From contig OZ024752.1 in NCBI GenBank assembly GCA_964016885.1, forward strand, positions 39,184,001 to 39,248,000: 64,000 bases of DNA, given 5' to 3'. This document shows, piece by piece, positions 51,301 to 64,000 of the stretch. The position numbers and the translations under genes were made by a program. Positions within the stretch are counted from its first letter, which is position 1. Every line of letters begins with the position of its first letter. Source of the stretch: Eledone cirrhosa (taxonomy: Eukaryota). Below the pieces are notes generated by a model. It had not been told where the DNA came from and searched no databases. It saw nothing but the letters and a program-made list of their open reading frames with translations.

Positions 51301-54300
51301 CTCCCTCTTATTATTATTAGTGGTTTGGCAGTATTGGTAGAACATTAGATACCATGATTTGCAGCATAGAGTTATGGCCCTTTTCGTTCTGAGTTCAAAT
51401 CCCGTCGAGGTTAACTTTGCCTTTCATCCGGTAATTGCTGGCCTCGTGCCAAAAGTAGAAACAATTATTATTATTATCTACTTCTTTTTCTTCTTTTTCA
51501 CCCACATATTCCTGGGATGGTCATGGGAGCAAAGTCCTAAAGCATGCCTTTGACACTATTGGCATGCAGTTAGAATATCTCAAAAAAGAAACGCTGGACA
51601 GATTTTATGGGCAAAACCAACCTTCTTCTTTGGCCACATATTTCTGAGAGAGTCATGGGGTCAGAGTTCTTAAACACTCCTTCGGGTGAGTCCTGGTTAG
51701 AAGCAAGCATTTCCAACAGATCTGACTGGATCTCCAAGCACCACCCACTATGTTCATGAATTTTATCCAACCATCTCACTTGGGGTCTACTCTGGATCTT
51801 GTGCTGGTTGGTTTTGCATATAAAATATGTCCAGCAATTCTTTCTTGAGACATTCTAACATGCCGAAAGTATTGAAGCTGGGATGTCTCAATCTAGAGAA
51901 ATAACAGCTCTACCTGTAGTGCCTCTCTGATCTCTGAGCTATGCATTCTATTAAGTAACATTACTCAAAAGACCTTTCAGAGGAACCACATTTCGGCCCC
52001 TAGTATTCACAATCGTATTCTTTCTCAGCAGAGCTGTTCTGCTAGAGAACGGGACCGCAGGTAGCAGATGGCAATAAGGTCACCAGATACAATGGTTAGT
52101 TGCAATATAATCTAGTAGCTGCCAGATGTATGAGCAGCCCCGGACAAAGAGCGGTACATTACGAGGGGATATGAAGCAATGGCTGACACCTGTAGCTCAC
52201 AAGAAAACTGTCACAACCCAGTGATGTAGATATGATGAGGTGAGTAAAGGCCACCTCTAAAAAAGACTAGTCTTGACGGGTTTGAGAAAATACCAGATTA
52301 TTGACTGGCATGAATAAGACCACCAAAACTGCAATATGGTGAGAGCTAAGAAAAAGAATCATACTGCATTGTCTTTCACATTGAATATCAAGGGATGCAT
52401 TCAGGCCTTAGGCAGTGGGGCATGTTCAAAGAATATATTTCAGTCCCTATTTCCTACTGTAAAACCTGGTGATGTGTCTGCAACCTGTCCTGGGAGGAGT
52501 GGCATGGATGCACAAAGATTGTGTATCTCGAGACTCCAAAGAGTGTTCGAAATTGAGCAAACATTGACTGTTTGGTATTTAGTTTTGCATATATATATAT
52601 ATGCATAGCCCAGAGATTAGAATAGCTAATGTTAGGTCCATTACTTCTCTGATAGTATGGACATGAGATCAGAATATTTAAGTAAAGAATTGTTCCACAG
52701 ATTTTAAAGGAATAACCAACTGGCAGAACACCCAGTGGTAGACCCCAGAAACAAGATGTTTGGATGAGATTCATGAGCTCAACTGGTAATGCCTGGGGAT
52801 CTAGCTGGATCAATTGGAAACATTTCCTTCTGACAGGATCTGCTCGAAGGTATGCTTCAGGATTTGCCTCCATGACCCTCTCAGGAATAAGTTGAAGAAG
52901 AGGAAAATGAAGAAGAGAATTGAGAAGGTGATGGTGGTGGAGAGGAAGAAGAAGAAGACGATTAGTTTGAGTCTCATTAGTTGTATCTTAGAAACAATTA
53001 ATAGTAGGCTCAAAATAATACTCAACATTCCATATACACAACAAATACTCAAGCCTTTAAATTCTCCAAGTGGTTAACTTATAGCTGTACTCCAGTAGTT
53101 CATAAAAAAAAAAATAAATAACGCCTAGAATACCTGGAGAAAGTCACCTTTCTCCCAAAACTGGGCAGTGTCCTTCCAGCATCATAACTTTTGTAAATCT
53201 ACTATTCAAAGTGTGAAGGGAGCCTCTCTATATAAAAGAGCTCTCAAAGCTTTCTAGCTTCCTAAACAGCATTTAATTTACCTGGTTTCTAGCTAAAATT
53301 ATGGCTACCAATTTTGCAGAATTCTCATTTCCTCTACTCCTTGAACAATAGTTCTGTGACAGCTCTCTCAAGGAGAAAGCCTCCACCTTTGCTGTCAACT
53401 TTGCATGCGACTCTACCCTACACATACATAGTGAATCTCCCCTCAACCTATCGACTCTATCCCATATGAAGCCCTACTCTTCATTCATAAACACCAAATA
53501 CCATATTGGTTTGTTTCATAACAACAAGGCCACTGCCCCTGACAATGAATATGTTTCCCTTGTTCACCCTGACATCCTAAATAACCACTGGAAAATAGCT
53601 ACTCTGCTATTCAATTTAAAGTCACTCATTGACACACTACATACAGTCACAGATCCACAGACATCATGTCTCCCCTCTCTCTGTCTCTTATACCATTTCT
53701 GCAATGATATCTCCTCTTTGAAACTTGCTAGTTTCATACCACCTCAACACTTAATTCCCTTACCTCTCCTTGTTGTGTCCAGGCCTCACACTAACCACTA
53801 CCCTCAGTCCTTCTTGCCCACAATATTTATATTATGGAACACAACCCCTCTTTATGTCTTTCCAGAAGGAGTGGACATCAACAATCTTAAAACAAAACAC
53901 CAATAGCATCAATATCTTTGGTCCCAGAAGACCTGTTAAGGCCTTGGGCACTGTCCCTTCCTACAGACCTACCAAGTAAAACAATAAATACTTACTTTTA
54001 GGAGTGTTTGGATCATTAACATAAATATCCTCGGCACCAGCAGCAGCTTTATCTATAAGAGATGAAATGAAAAATGAGTAAATGTACTGCTTGTGGTGCT
54101 TGATATCTGAAGGCTACAGAGAAATGAAGTGGGCATGATAATATGGATGTGTGATGTTAATGTGCATGATTGACAAAGCATGGATGAGTTGAGAGGAAAA
54201 CTATGTATAAGAGGAATCAAATGGATGATCATTGAAGCAAGAAATGTTAAGAGAGACAAGAGGAAGAAAGATGCAGTAGAGGAAGACTGAGGAGGGCTTT

Positions 54301-56876
54301 GGTAGATGTGGAGAGATCTGATCTCAGCAGACTGAACCTCACAGAAGAGATTATGAATGTATGATATAAAGTAGAAGGAAACTGTGCTTGAAAGGACCCA
54401 TACAGCCCATGAAAACATGAAAAAATAGATGTAAAAAGGTGATAATGATATATATATAAACAACATTCAATTTGGCTATAATTATGTAATCTAAATAAAC
54501 TCTGAAATATTGATAATTTTCTCACTGAATTTGTTTATTTGTTTAATTAAAATATTAAAAATTAAGAATTCTGAAAAATACATGTTTTTAAAAATCAAAA
54601 ATATATGTTCTATTATCTTCTAACATATCAGAACCATCTGCTGTCCATCTTTTTTCATTCTAGCTATTAACAATTTACTGGTAAGAAGATCAACAACCAT
54701 TTACTTCTGCTTCTTGTCTTTTTTGTTCTTATTTAATGCTTCCATTAATTTATTCATATTTTCTGGATCCATCTCCTTGACTTCCATTTTTTATAATACA
54801 TAATATGTTTATTTAGTAATTTGATAGGATCCATTAGTAATTTTTCTTGAGAAAAGATGATGTGGCAGATTAAAAGAAGAGAAAGGGAGAATGATTACGT
54901 AACAGTATTGGAATAGGTTCTAAAGAAAGGTTGAAAGTTATGAAGTAGAAGCAAAGTTACAAAGTAATATATTTTGATATGACAATGTGAAGGGCTATAT
55001 TTAAGTGACTGAGTGAATTAGAAATAAATATTTATAAAATTAAATTATTATTCAACAAAAGAAAAATGGGGAAAACAAAAGTTATAAGATAAATAAGTCT
55101 TTAAATAATACCTAGTTCCAAATAATCAATCGAATCATAGGTGTCATCTGAAATTGTAAGAATAAAAATATATATTATTGTATATTTTCTGAATTTCTTT
55201 TGAATATTGAAATTCCTTCATTGCGAAAATAATTAAATTTATGACTATATTAAGTTAATAATATTATTTTTAATTTTAAGGGGCTTCTTAAAAAATAAAG
55301 TCGTTTGCAAGACAAATACATTCTAATCCTGAAGCACATATATGTTCTTCTTAAACAATTTTTACATGTATGGTATAGAGATGCAATAAATGGTATTTTC
55401 TATTCTAAAGTATGACACACACGCATATATATATATATACACAATGTGTGTGTGTGTGTATGTGTGTTCAAAATAGAGAAAGAGAGAGGAGTGGTTGAGG
55501 TGGATGGAGAGTGAGAAATAGACAAAAATATTTTCCAAGCCTAAAGAAGAAATCAGTTAGGGTATTCTCCCTCTTCTTATTATTAGTTGTTTGGCAGTAT
55601 TGGTAGAGCATTAGATACCATGATTTGCAGCATAGAGTTATGGCCCTTTTCGTTCTGAGTTCAAATCCCATCGAGGTTAACTTTGCCGTTCATCCGTACA
55701 GGATGAATGGCACTGGGTAATTGCTGGCCTCGTGCCAAAAGTAGAAACAATTATTATTATTATCTACTTCTTTTTCTTCTTTTTCACCCACATATTCCTG
55801 GGATGGTCATGGGAGCAAAGTCCTAAAGCATGCCGTTGACACTATTGGCATGCAGTTAGAATATCTCAAAAAAGAAACGCTGGACAGATTTTATGGGCAA
55901 AACCAACCTTCTTCTTTGGCCACATATTTCTGAGAGAGTCATGGCGTCAGAGTTCTTAAACACTCCTTCGGGTGAGTCTGGTTAGAAGCAAGCATTTCCA
56001 ACAGATCTGACTGGATCTCCAAGCACCACCCACTATGTTCATGAATTTTATCCAACCATCTCACTTGGGGTCTACTCTGGATCTTGTGCTGGTTGGTTTT
56101 GCATATAAAATATGTCCAGCAATTCTTTCTTGAGACATTCTAACATGCCGAAAGTATTGCAGCCTGGATGTCTCAATCTAGAGAAATAACAGCTCTACCT
56201 GTAGTGCTTCTCTGATCTCTGAGCTATGCATTCTATCAAGTAACATTACTCAAAAGACCTTTCAGTGGAACCACATTTCGGCCCCCCTTGTATTCACAAT
56301 CGTATTCTTTCTCAGCAGAGCTGTTCTGCTAGAGAACAGGACCGCAGGTAGCAGATGGCGATAAGGTCACCAGATACAATGGTTAGTTGCAATATAATCT
56401 AGTAGCTTCCAGATGTATGAGCAAACCCGGACAATGAGCGGTACATTACGAGGGGATATGAAGCAATGGCTGACACTTGTAGTTCACAAGAAAACTCTCA
56501 CAACCCAGTGATGTAGATATGATGAGGTGAGTAAAGGCCACCTCTAAAAAAGACTAGTCTTGACGGGTTTGAGAAAATACCAGATTATTGACTGGCATAA
56601 ATAAGACCACCAAAACTGCAATATCGTGAGAGCTAAGAAAAAGAATCATACTGTATTGTCTTTCACATTGAATATCAAGGATGCATTCAGGCCTTAGGCA
56701 GTGGAGCATGTTCAAAGAATATATTACAGTCCCTATTTCCTACTGTAAAACCTGGTGATGTGTCTGCAACCTGTCCTGGGAGGAGTGGCATGGATGCACA
56801 AAGATTGTGTATCTCGAGACTCCAAAGAGTGTTCGAAATTGAGCAAACATTGACTGTTTGGTATTTAGTTTTGTAT

Positions 56877-59800
56877 ATCATCATCATCATTTTACGTCCG
56901 CTTGCAAGGGCGGGATGGGTCTTATTCAACAGAGCATCTCTCCACTCGTCACGGTCCTTCGTCATCTCCACCGTGAGCTTCAATGATCTGAGGTCTGTTC
57001 TCACCACCTCTGCCTATGTTTTTCGTGGTCTACCTCTACCACGTCTTCCTTCAACTGGCATTTCCTGGCACTTCTTCACCCATCGGTCATCCTCCATGCA
57101 CATCACATGTCCATATCACCTCAGTCTCCTCTCCCATACACTACATTCTATCCCTCTCAGACACAGTTTCTCTCTCAACACATTCATGCTGGGTCGTTCA
57201 TGCACATTTACACTGCACATCCAACGGAGCATGTTTACCTCATTTCTCTCCAGCCGTTGCATATCCTCTGCAGATGCTGCCCATGTCTCACTACCATGCA
57301 GCATTGCGCTCCTCACACAGGCATCATACAACCGTTTTTTCGTACGCAGGGAGAAACCCTTCTTCGTCAACAGAGGAAGCAGCTCCCTAAACTTCTTCCA
57401 ACCCGTCCTTATTCTAGATACTATGGCCTCGGAACACCCTCCTCCCATGCTAATCTGATCTCCTAGGTACCGGAAGCTATCCACGACTTCTATAGCGCCC
57501 TCCTGCATTTGAAAAATGTGTCTATCAATGCGACTTCTACTGTCTAATTTCCCTGTACATCTACTGCATACATATTTCTCCCTACCTGTTAGTTTCCCTG
57601 CTATCCCGCTACATTTCTTGTGTACCCAGTATCTGCATTGTGTGCATTTTATAGAATTTATGCCAGTTCCTTTTCTGCATATCGAACATGGCCATTTCCC
57701 TGACGGAATCAGGGTTTTGTCCTCTTTTCTACTCATCAACACTTTTGTCTTAGCTAGATTCACTCTCAGTCCTCTTGATTCCAACTGCTGTTTCCATAGC
57801 CAGAATTTATTCTCTAGCTCCTCTACTGATTCTGCTATAAGAACCAGATCGTCAGCATAGAGAAGTTCCCATGGACAGCCAGTCTTAAACTCCTCTGTTA
57901 TGGCTTGGAGGACTATAATGAACAAGAGCGGGCTGACGACCGAACCCTGATGTACTCCTACTTGTATCTGGAATTCCTCACTAAACTCCATTCCTACCCT
58001 GACTTCACTGAGAGTACCTCTGTACAAAGTTTGCACTGTCCTCACAAGCCAATCCTCAACATCTAGCTTCCTTAGGGACCACCAGATGACAGATCGGGGT
58101 ACCCTATCAAAGGCCTTCTCTAGGTCAACAAAGGCTAAGTATAGTGGCTTATTTTTCTCTAAGAACCTCTCTTGCAATTGTCTCACCAAGAAGAGGGCAT
58201 CTGTTGTACTCTTCCCAGGCACAAAACCAAACTGCTTCTCATGTAGTTTGAACCTTTCTCTAATTAGTTGTGCTAATATCCTTTCGGCCACTTTCATAAC
58301 CTGATCTATCAGTTTTATACCCCTATAATTGCTCCTCTCCAGAGCACCCCCTTTACCATTGTAGCAATTTATGAGAATACTGCTGCACCAGTCTTTGGGT
58401 ATGATACCACCATATATAGCCTGATTGATGATGCGTGCAACCAGTTTAGTGCCTACGTCCCCTGATGCCTTCAGCATCTCAGCAACTATTCCCGATGGTC
58501 CAGCAGCCTTACCATTTTTCATTTCCCTAATCGCCTCTTGGACCCTCTATTCGTCAATCTCAATAGCTGGTCCCTCTGTCAGATCTACTGAGGGTAATTT
58601 ATCTCTCTCCCATTCGTTCTCCACATTCATCAGTCTCTCATAATGACATTTCCAGGCCTCCTTTTTCTGATCATTCGTGACACTAAGTACACCGGGATCA
58701 ACCTGGACACATTTATCTCCAACAACATCCTGATTTGCATTGACACACTGCCTTGCAATGTGGAACACCGCACGCCTCTGATCTTCCCGTCGCAGAACAT
58801 TGGCAAACCTCCTACTCTCCGCCTCCCTGCATGCTAAGTACACCTGACGTCTAGCTTCTCTCTTAGTGGCTGTATATTCTTCCCTACTCCCACCCTTTTT
58901 CCAAGCCTTTCATGCTAGTCTTTTGTCTCTAATGGCCTTATCTACTGTGCTGTTCCACCACCAGGTCACTCTCTGTCTGGTTGGAGCTCTGCTCCTGCCA
59001 CAAGTTTCATCAGTAGCCTGCAGCAAGTTGTCACGTAAGAAATTCCAGTTATTATCTATGTCATACGTCTCTAAATCGTCTTCTTTTTCGTCATATACAT
59101 CTTGAAGGGCTTTCCTGAATTTGTATTTTAGTGAAAGGTCTTTTAGCTTCCAGACCTTTCTTCTCCACACCTTCCTATATGTCTCATTCCATCTCTTGCT
59201 TACTGAGATATCACTAACAACTAACCTATGCTGTGGGGTACATTCTTCCCCATTGTATGCCTTGGTATTAGACACTATCTGCCTGCCCACTGCCTAACTA
59301 GTAAGAAGTCAATCTGGCTTATGTGCTCACCAGATTTGTAGGTTATTAGGTGATTGGCAGGTTTCTGGAAGTTTGTGTTGCAAATAGACAATGTACCTGC
59401 ATCACAAAATTCAAGAAGTCTCACTCCTTCTTCATTTCTTGAACTGTAACCGTTCCCACCAGTGTAACCATCCTGGAGCTGTCCAACATGACCATTGAAG
59501 TCTCCCGATAGCATAACGATGTCTCCGTCCTCTGTCATTGCGGTTGTTTGTAAAAGTTGCTCGTAAAAGCAGTCTTTCTCATCTTTGCCTAGGCCTGCTT
59601 GGGGAGCATAGGCCGAGATGATTGTCAGTAGTCTCCTGCCTACAACTAATCTAAGCTTAATTATTCGATTACTAACTCGAACTACCTCTATTGTCTTATT
59701 GATCCATTTCTCAGCCAGGAAAATGCTTACTCCCCCTAACCCATCATCCTTACCTACCCAGAATAGCTTATACCTAACACGTTTGCCTACGACTAGTCTC

Positions 59801-60093
59801 GCAGAGGCACCTCTCCATCCCACCTCTTGCACGCAGCACACATCCACCAGCCTTCTCTCCAGCATCTCCGCTATTTCAGCACATCTACCTCTGAGAGTGC
59901 CAACATATAAGTGTTGCTGTGCTGATAAGCGTTTTGGCATTGATACACTGGTTGGATGCCCTTCCTAATACCAGCGCCACTTTACAGCATGGACTGGATG
60001 CTTTTATTTCTGCCACCAGCACTAGAGAGGATGTCTTACTAGACTCAAGGGCCCTCTCTACCCCTCCATTTTACAGCATGGTCATTAAAAAAA
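56877..60093 (-). mobile_element. Near full-length RTE LINE, duplicate of 45063-48340, disrupted
   Basis: Same motifs and same insertion flanks; a deletion of about 45 bp near the ORF start; additional stops. Confidence 0.97.
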
Positions 60094-61465
60094 TATATAT
60101 ATATATATGCATAGCCCAGAGATTAGAATAGCTACTGTTAGGTCCATTACTTCTCTGATAGTATGGACATGAGATCAGAATATTTAAGTAAAGAATTGTT
60201 CCACAGATTTTATAAGAATAATCAACTGGCAGAACACCCAGTGGTAGACCCCAGAAACAAGATGTTTGGATGAGATTATTGAGCTCAACTGGTAATGCCT
60301 GGGGATCTAGCTGGATCAATTGGAAACATTTTCATCTGACAGGATTTGCTCGAAGGTATGCTTCAGGATTTGCCTCCATGACCCTCTCAGGAATAAGTTG
60401 AAGAAGAGGAAAATGAAGAAGAGAATTGAGAAGGTGATGGTGGTGGAGAGGAAGAAGAAGAAGACGATTAGTTTGAGTCTCATTAGTTGTATCTTAGAAA
60501 CAATTAATAGTAGGCTCAAAATAATACTCAACATTCCATATACACAACAAATACTCAAGCCTTTAAATTCTCCAAGTGGTTAACTTATAGCTGTACTCCA
60601 GTAGTTCAGAAAAAAAAAAATAAATAACGCCTAGAATACCTGGAGAAAGTCACCTTTCTCCCAAAACTGGGCAGTGTTCTTCCAGCATCATAACTTTTGT
60701 AAATCTACTATTCAAAGTGTGAAGGGAGCCTCTCTATATAAAAGAGCTCTCAAAGCTTTCTAGCTTCCCAAACAGCATTTAATTTACCTGGTTTCTTGCT
60801 AAAATTATGGCTACCAATTTTGCAGAATTCTCATTTCCTCTACTCCTCGAACAATAGTTCTGTGAACAGCTCTCTCAAGGAGAAAGCCTCCACCTTTGCT
60901 GTCAACTTTGCATGCGACTCTACCCTACACATACATAGTGAATCTCCCCTCAACCTATCGACTCTATCCCATATGAAGCCCTACTCTTCATTCATAAACA
61001 CCAAATACCATATTGGTTTGTTTCATAACAATAAGACCACTGGCCCTGACAATGAATATGTTTCTCTTGTTCACCCTGACATCCTAAACAACATCTAGAT
61101 AATTTTCTAAATGTATGTATAAAAAAGGAGAATATAGCCAAATACCTTGTATTTCTAACTGTTGATCACACCTGTTACCCACAGAGTCAATATTGTTAAT
61201 TGCTGAAAACAAATCAATAGAATATATTAACTCAAATAGTAATGACAAAACTATGAAGAAACACTAAAGAAATTTCTTTTTAAATTAGCAACTCCTTTTT
61301 TCTTCTATTAGACTCTTCACCTTATTTCATAATCTATTTTATAACATCTCTTCACATGAGCACATCATTCTTTAAATTAGTACTAAAATAATTGGTCATA
61401 AAATAATAATCAAGTTTACTTTGTTGTAATTTAAAAAGTGAAAGTAAATCCTAACAATTTTCATA

Positions 61466-61790
61466 TGCATAGACGAGTTGAGAGAGAAACTGGGTATAAG
61501 AGGGATAGGTTCTAGTGTGCGAGAGAGAAGACTGCATTGGTATGGACATATGATGCGCATGGAGGATGACCACTGGGTAAAGAAGTGCCAAGAAATCCCA
61601 GTAGAAGGAAGATACAGTCCAGGAAGACCATGAAAAACATGGGCGGAGGTGGTGAGAGTTGACCTGAGATCGCTGAAACTCACGGAGGAGATGACAAAGG
61701 ACCGTGATGAATGGAGAGATGCTGTGCTGAATAGGATCCTTCCCACCCTTGCAAGCAGGGAAAAGCTGACATAAAATGATGATGGTGATA
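61466..61790 (+). mobile_element. 5'-truncated RTE 3' end related to the 45-48 kb family
   Basis: IDELREKLGIRGIGSSVRERRLHWYGHMMRMEDDHWVKKC, followed by (GAT)n. Confidence 0.9.
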
Positions 61791-61814
61791 TATATATATA
61801 TATATATATATACA

Positions 61815-62577
61815 TAGCTGCAAAATGGAAGGCAGACTGTATGATGCGTGTATCCGAACAGCAATGTTGCATGGTAGTGAGACCTGGGCGCTGAAGGTGG
61901 AAGACTTACGTAGATTAGAGAGAAACGAAGCCTGCATGCTCCGATGGATGTGTAATAGTAATATATGTGAACGACAAAGCATAAATGAATTGAGAGAGAG
62001 ACTGAGCATAAGAGGAATCAAATGCTGTGTGCAGGAGAGGCGATTGCGTTGGTATGGATATGTGATGCGTATGAAGGATGACAGCTGCATAAAAAGGTGC
62101 AGAGCACTAGAAGTCGATGGAAACCGCGGAGTAGGGAGACCCAAGATGACCTGCGATGAGGTGATAAAAGCCGACCTGACCCAATTACACCTCTCAAAGG
62201 CGATGACACACGACCGTGACCTCTGGCGTCACGCAGTAATACAGAGTACCCGACCTCCCATGGGTACAAGCTGAAGCATCTAGACAATATGGCCCCACAC
62301 CCTCCACTGCAAGGTGGTCGTGGAGGTGCCACGGCAAAAAAGCACGCAGCCCAAACTGTAAAGTCGACGTCTAGGCACCACGAAAAAGCACCCAGCACCC
62401 CCTGTAAATGAGGTTGGTGTTAGGAAGGGAATCCAGCTGTAGAAATCAAGCCAAATCAGTTCCGGTATGAGCAAGGCATGGTCAGCCGACCAGACACTGC
62501 CCACAACAGGACAACACTTCTAACCCATGCTAGCGTGGAAGAAAGGACGTAAAACGGTGATGATGATGATGATGATA
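61815..62577 (+). mobile_element. 5'-truncated RTE 3' end with 3' UTR and (GAT)n tail
   Basis: ORF 61825-62274 contains LHGSETW...RLRWYG...GRPK; flanked by (TA)n. Confidence 0.92.
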
Positions 62578-62802
62578 CATATACATATATATACATATAT
62601 ACATATACATCCATATATATACATACATATATATATATACATATATACATATACATATACACATATACATATACATATATATACATATACATATATATAC
62701 ATATACATATATATACATACATACACATACATATATATACATATATATATATACATACATATATATACATATATATATATATATATACATACATATATAT
62801 AC

Positions 62803-62835
<33 letters not shown>

Positions 62836-63071
62836 CATACATATATATATACATATATATATATACATACATACATACATATATATACATATATATATAT
62901 ACATACATACATATATATACATATACATATATATACATATACATATATATAGATATACATATATATACATATACATATATATACATCCATATATATACAT
63001 ACGTATATATACATATATATATATACATATACATATATATACATCCATATATATACATACGTATATATACA

Positions 63072-63131
<60 letters not shown>

Positions 63132-63135
63132 CATA

Positions 63136-63173
<38 letters not shown>

Positions 63174-63913
63174 CATAGATATATATACATATATATATAT
63201 ATATACATACATATACATACATATATATATATACATACATATACATACATATATATATACATACATATATATACATATACATACATATATATACATATAT
63301 ATATATACATATATATATATACATACATACATATATATACATATATATATATACATACATACATATATATACATATATATATATACATATATATACATAT
63401 ATATATATATACATATATATATATACATATATACATATATGTAGGAGCAACACATATATATCCTAGAAACGATCGTTAAATAATGAACTTTTTTTGTTTA
63501 CTATAAGGAATTGTTTATTCATTATTTGTTTAATATTTTATATACATATATATACATATATATATATACTTATATACATATATATACATATATATACATA
63601 TATATATATACTTATATACATATATATACATATATATACATATATATATATATACATATATACATATATATACATTCATATATATACATATATATATATA
63701 CATATATACACATTCATATATATACATATATATATACATATATACATATGTATACATTCATATATATACGTATATACATATACATACATATATATACATA
63801 CATACATACATATATATACATACATACATATATATACATACATACATATATACATATATATACATACATATATATATATACATATATATATACATACATA
63901 CATATATATATAC

Positions 63914-63944
<31 letters not shown>

Positions 63945-64000
63945 CATATATATATATATACATATATATATATACATATATATATACATATACATATACA
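62577..64000. repeat. (TA)n/(TACA)n microsatellite block
   Basis: Direct inspection. Confidence 0.98.

Larger units (their letters stand above)
41677..61097. repeat. Tandem segmental duplication of a roughly 4.26-kb unit; three copies plus a stub, copies 1 and 3 carry an RTE
   Basis: Marker CCAAATACC...CCCTGACAATGAATATG recurs at about 41680, 49230, 53495 and 61000 (spacings about 7.55, 4.26 and 7.51 kb). Confidence 0.95.

Overview
This is repeat-dominated, AT-rich eukaryotic DNA, not prokaryotic. The (TA)n expanses, RTE LINEs with (GAT)n tails and tRNA-derived SINEs suggest a cephalopod or other mollusc (inference). Most ORFs in the supplied track are artefacts of microsatellites or minisatellites. 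The main result is a 4.65-kb array of near-identical 311-bp units (23530-28180). Each unit carries a minimal type I hammerhead ribozyme (HHR) in a highly self-complementary monomer. The array has two head-to-head arms (7 HHRs on -, 8 on +) with both ends in (TA)n. It looks like a very young non-LTR retrozyme (circular-RNA retroelement) insertion. Unrelated HHR motifs occur at about 33.1/33.7 kb and 21.3 kb, with weaker candidates at 9.7 and 17.3 kb, alongside Penelope-like element (PLE) protein remnants. Other content: two near full-length but broken RTE LINEs inside a higher-order tandem duplication that also keeps the empty site; CRE, CR1, mariner and piggyBac-MITE remnants; several minisatellites derived from LINE sequence; broken host exons of PRKDC (FATC domain) and RRS1; and a candidate signal-peptide exon. 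All calls come from manual reading; no database search or folding program was run.
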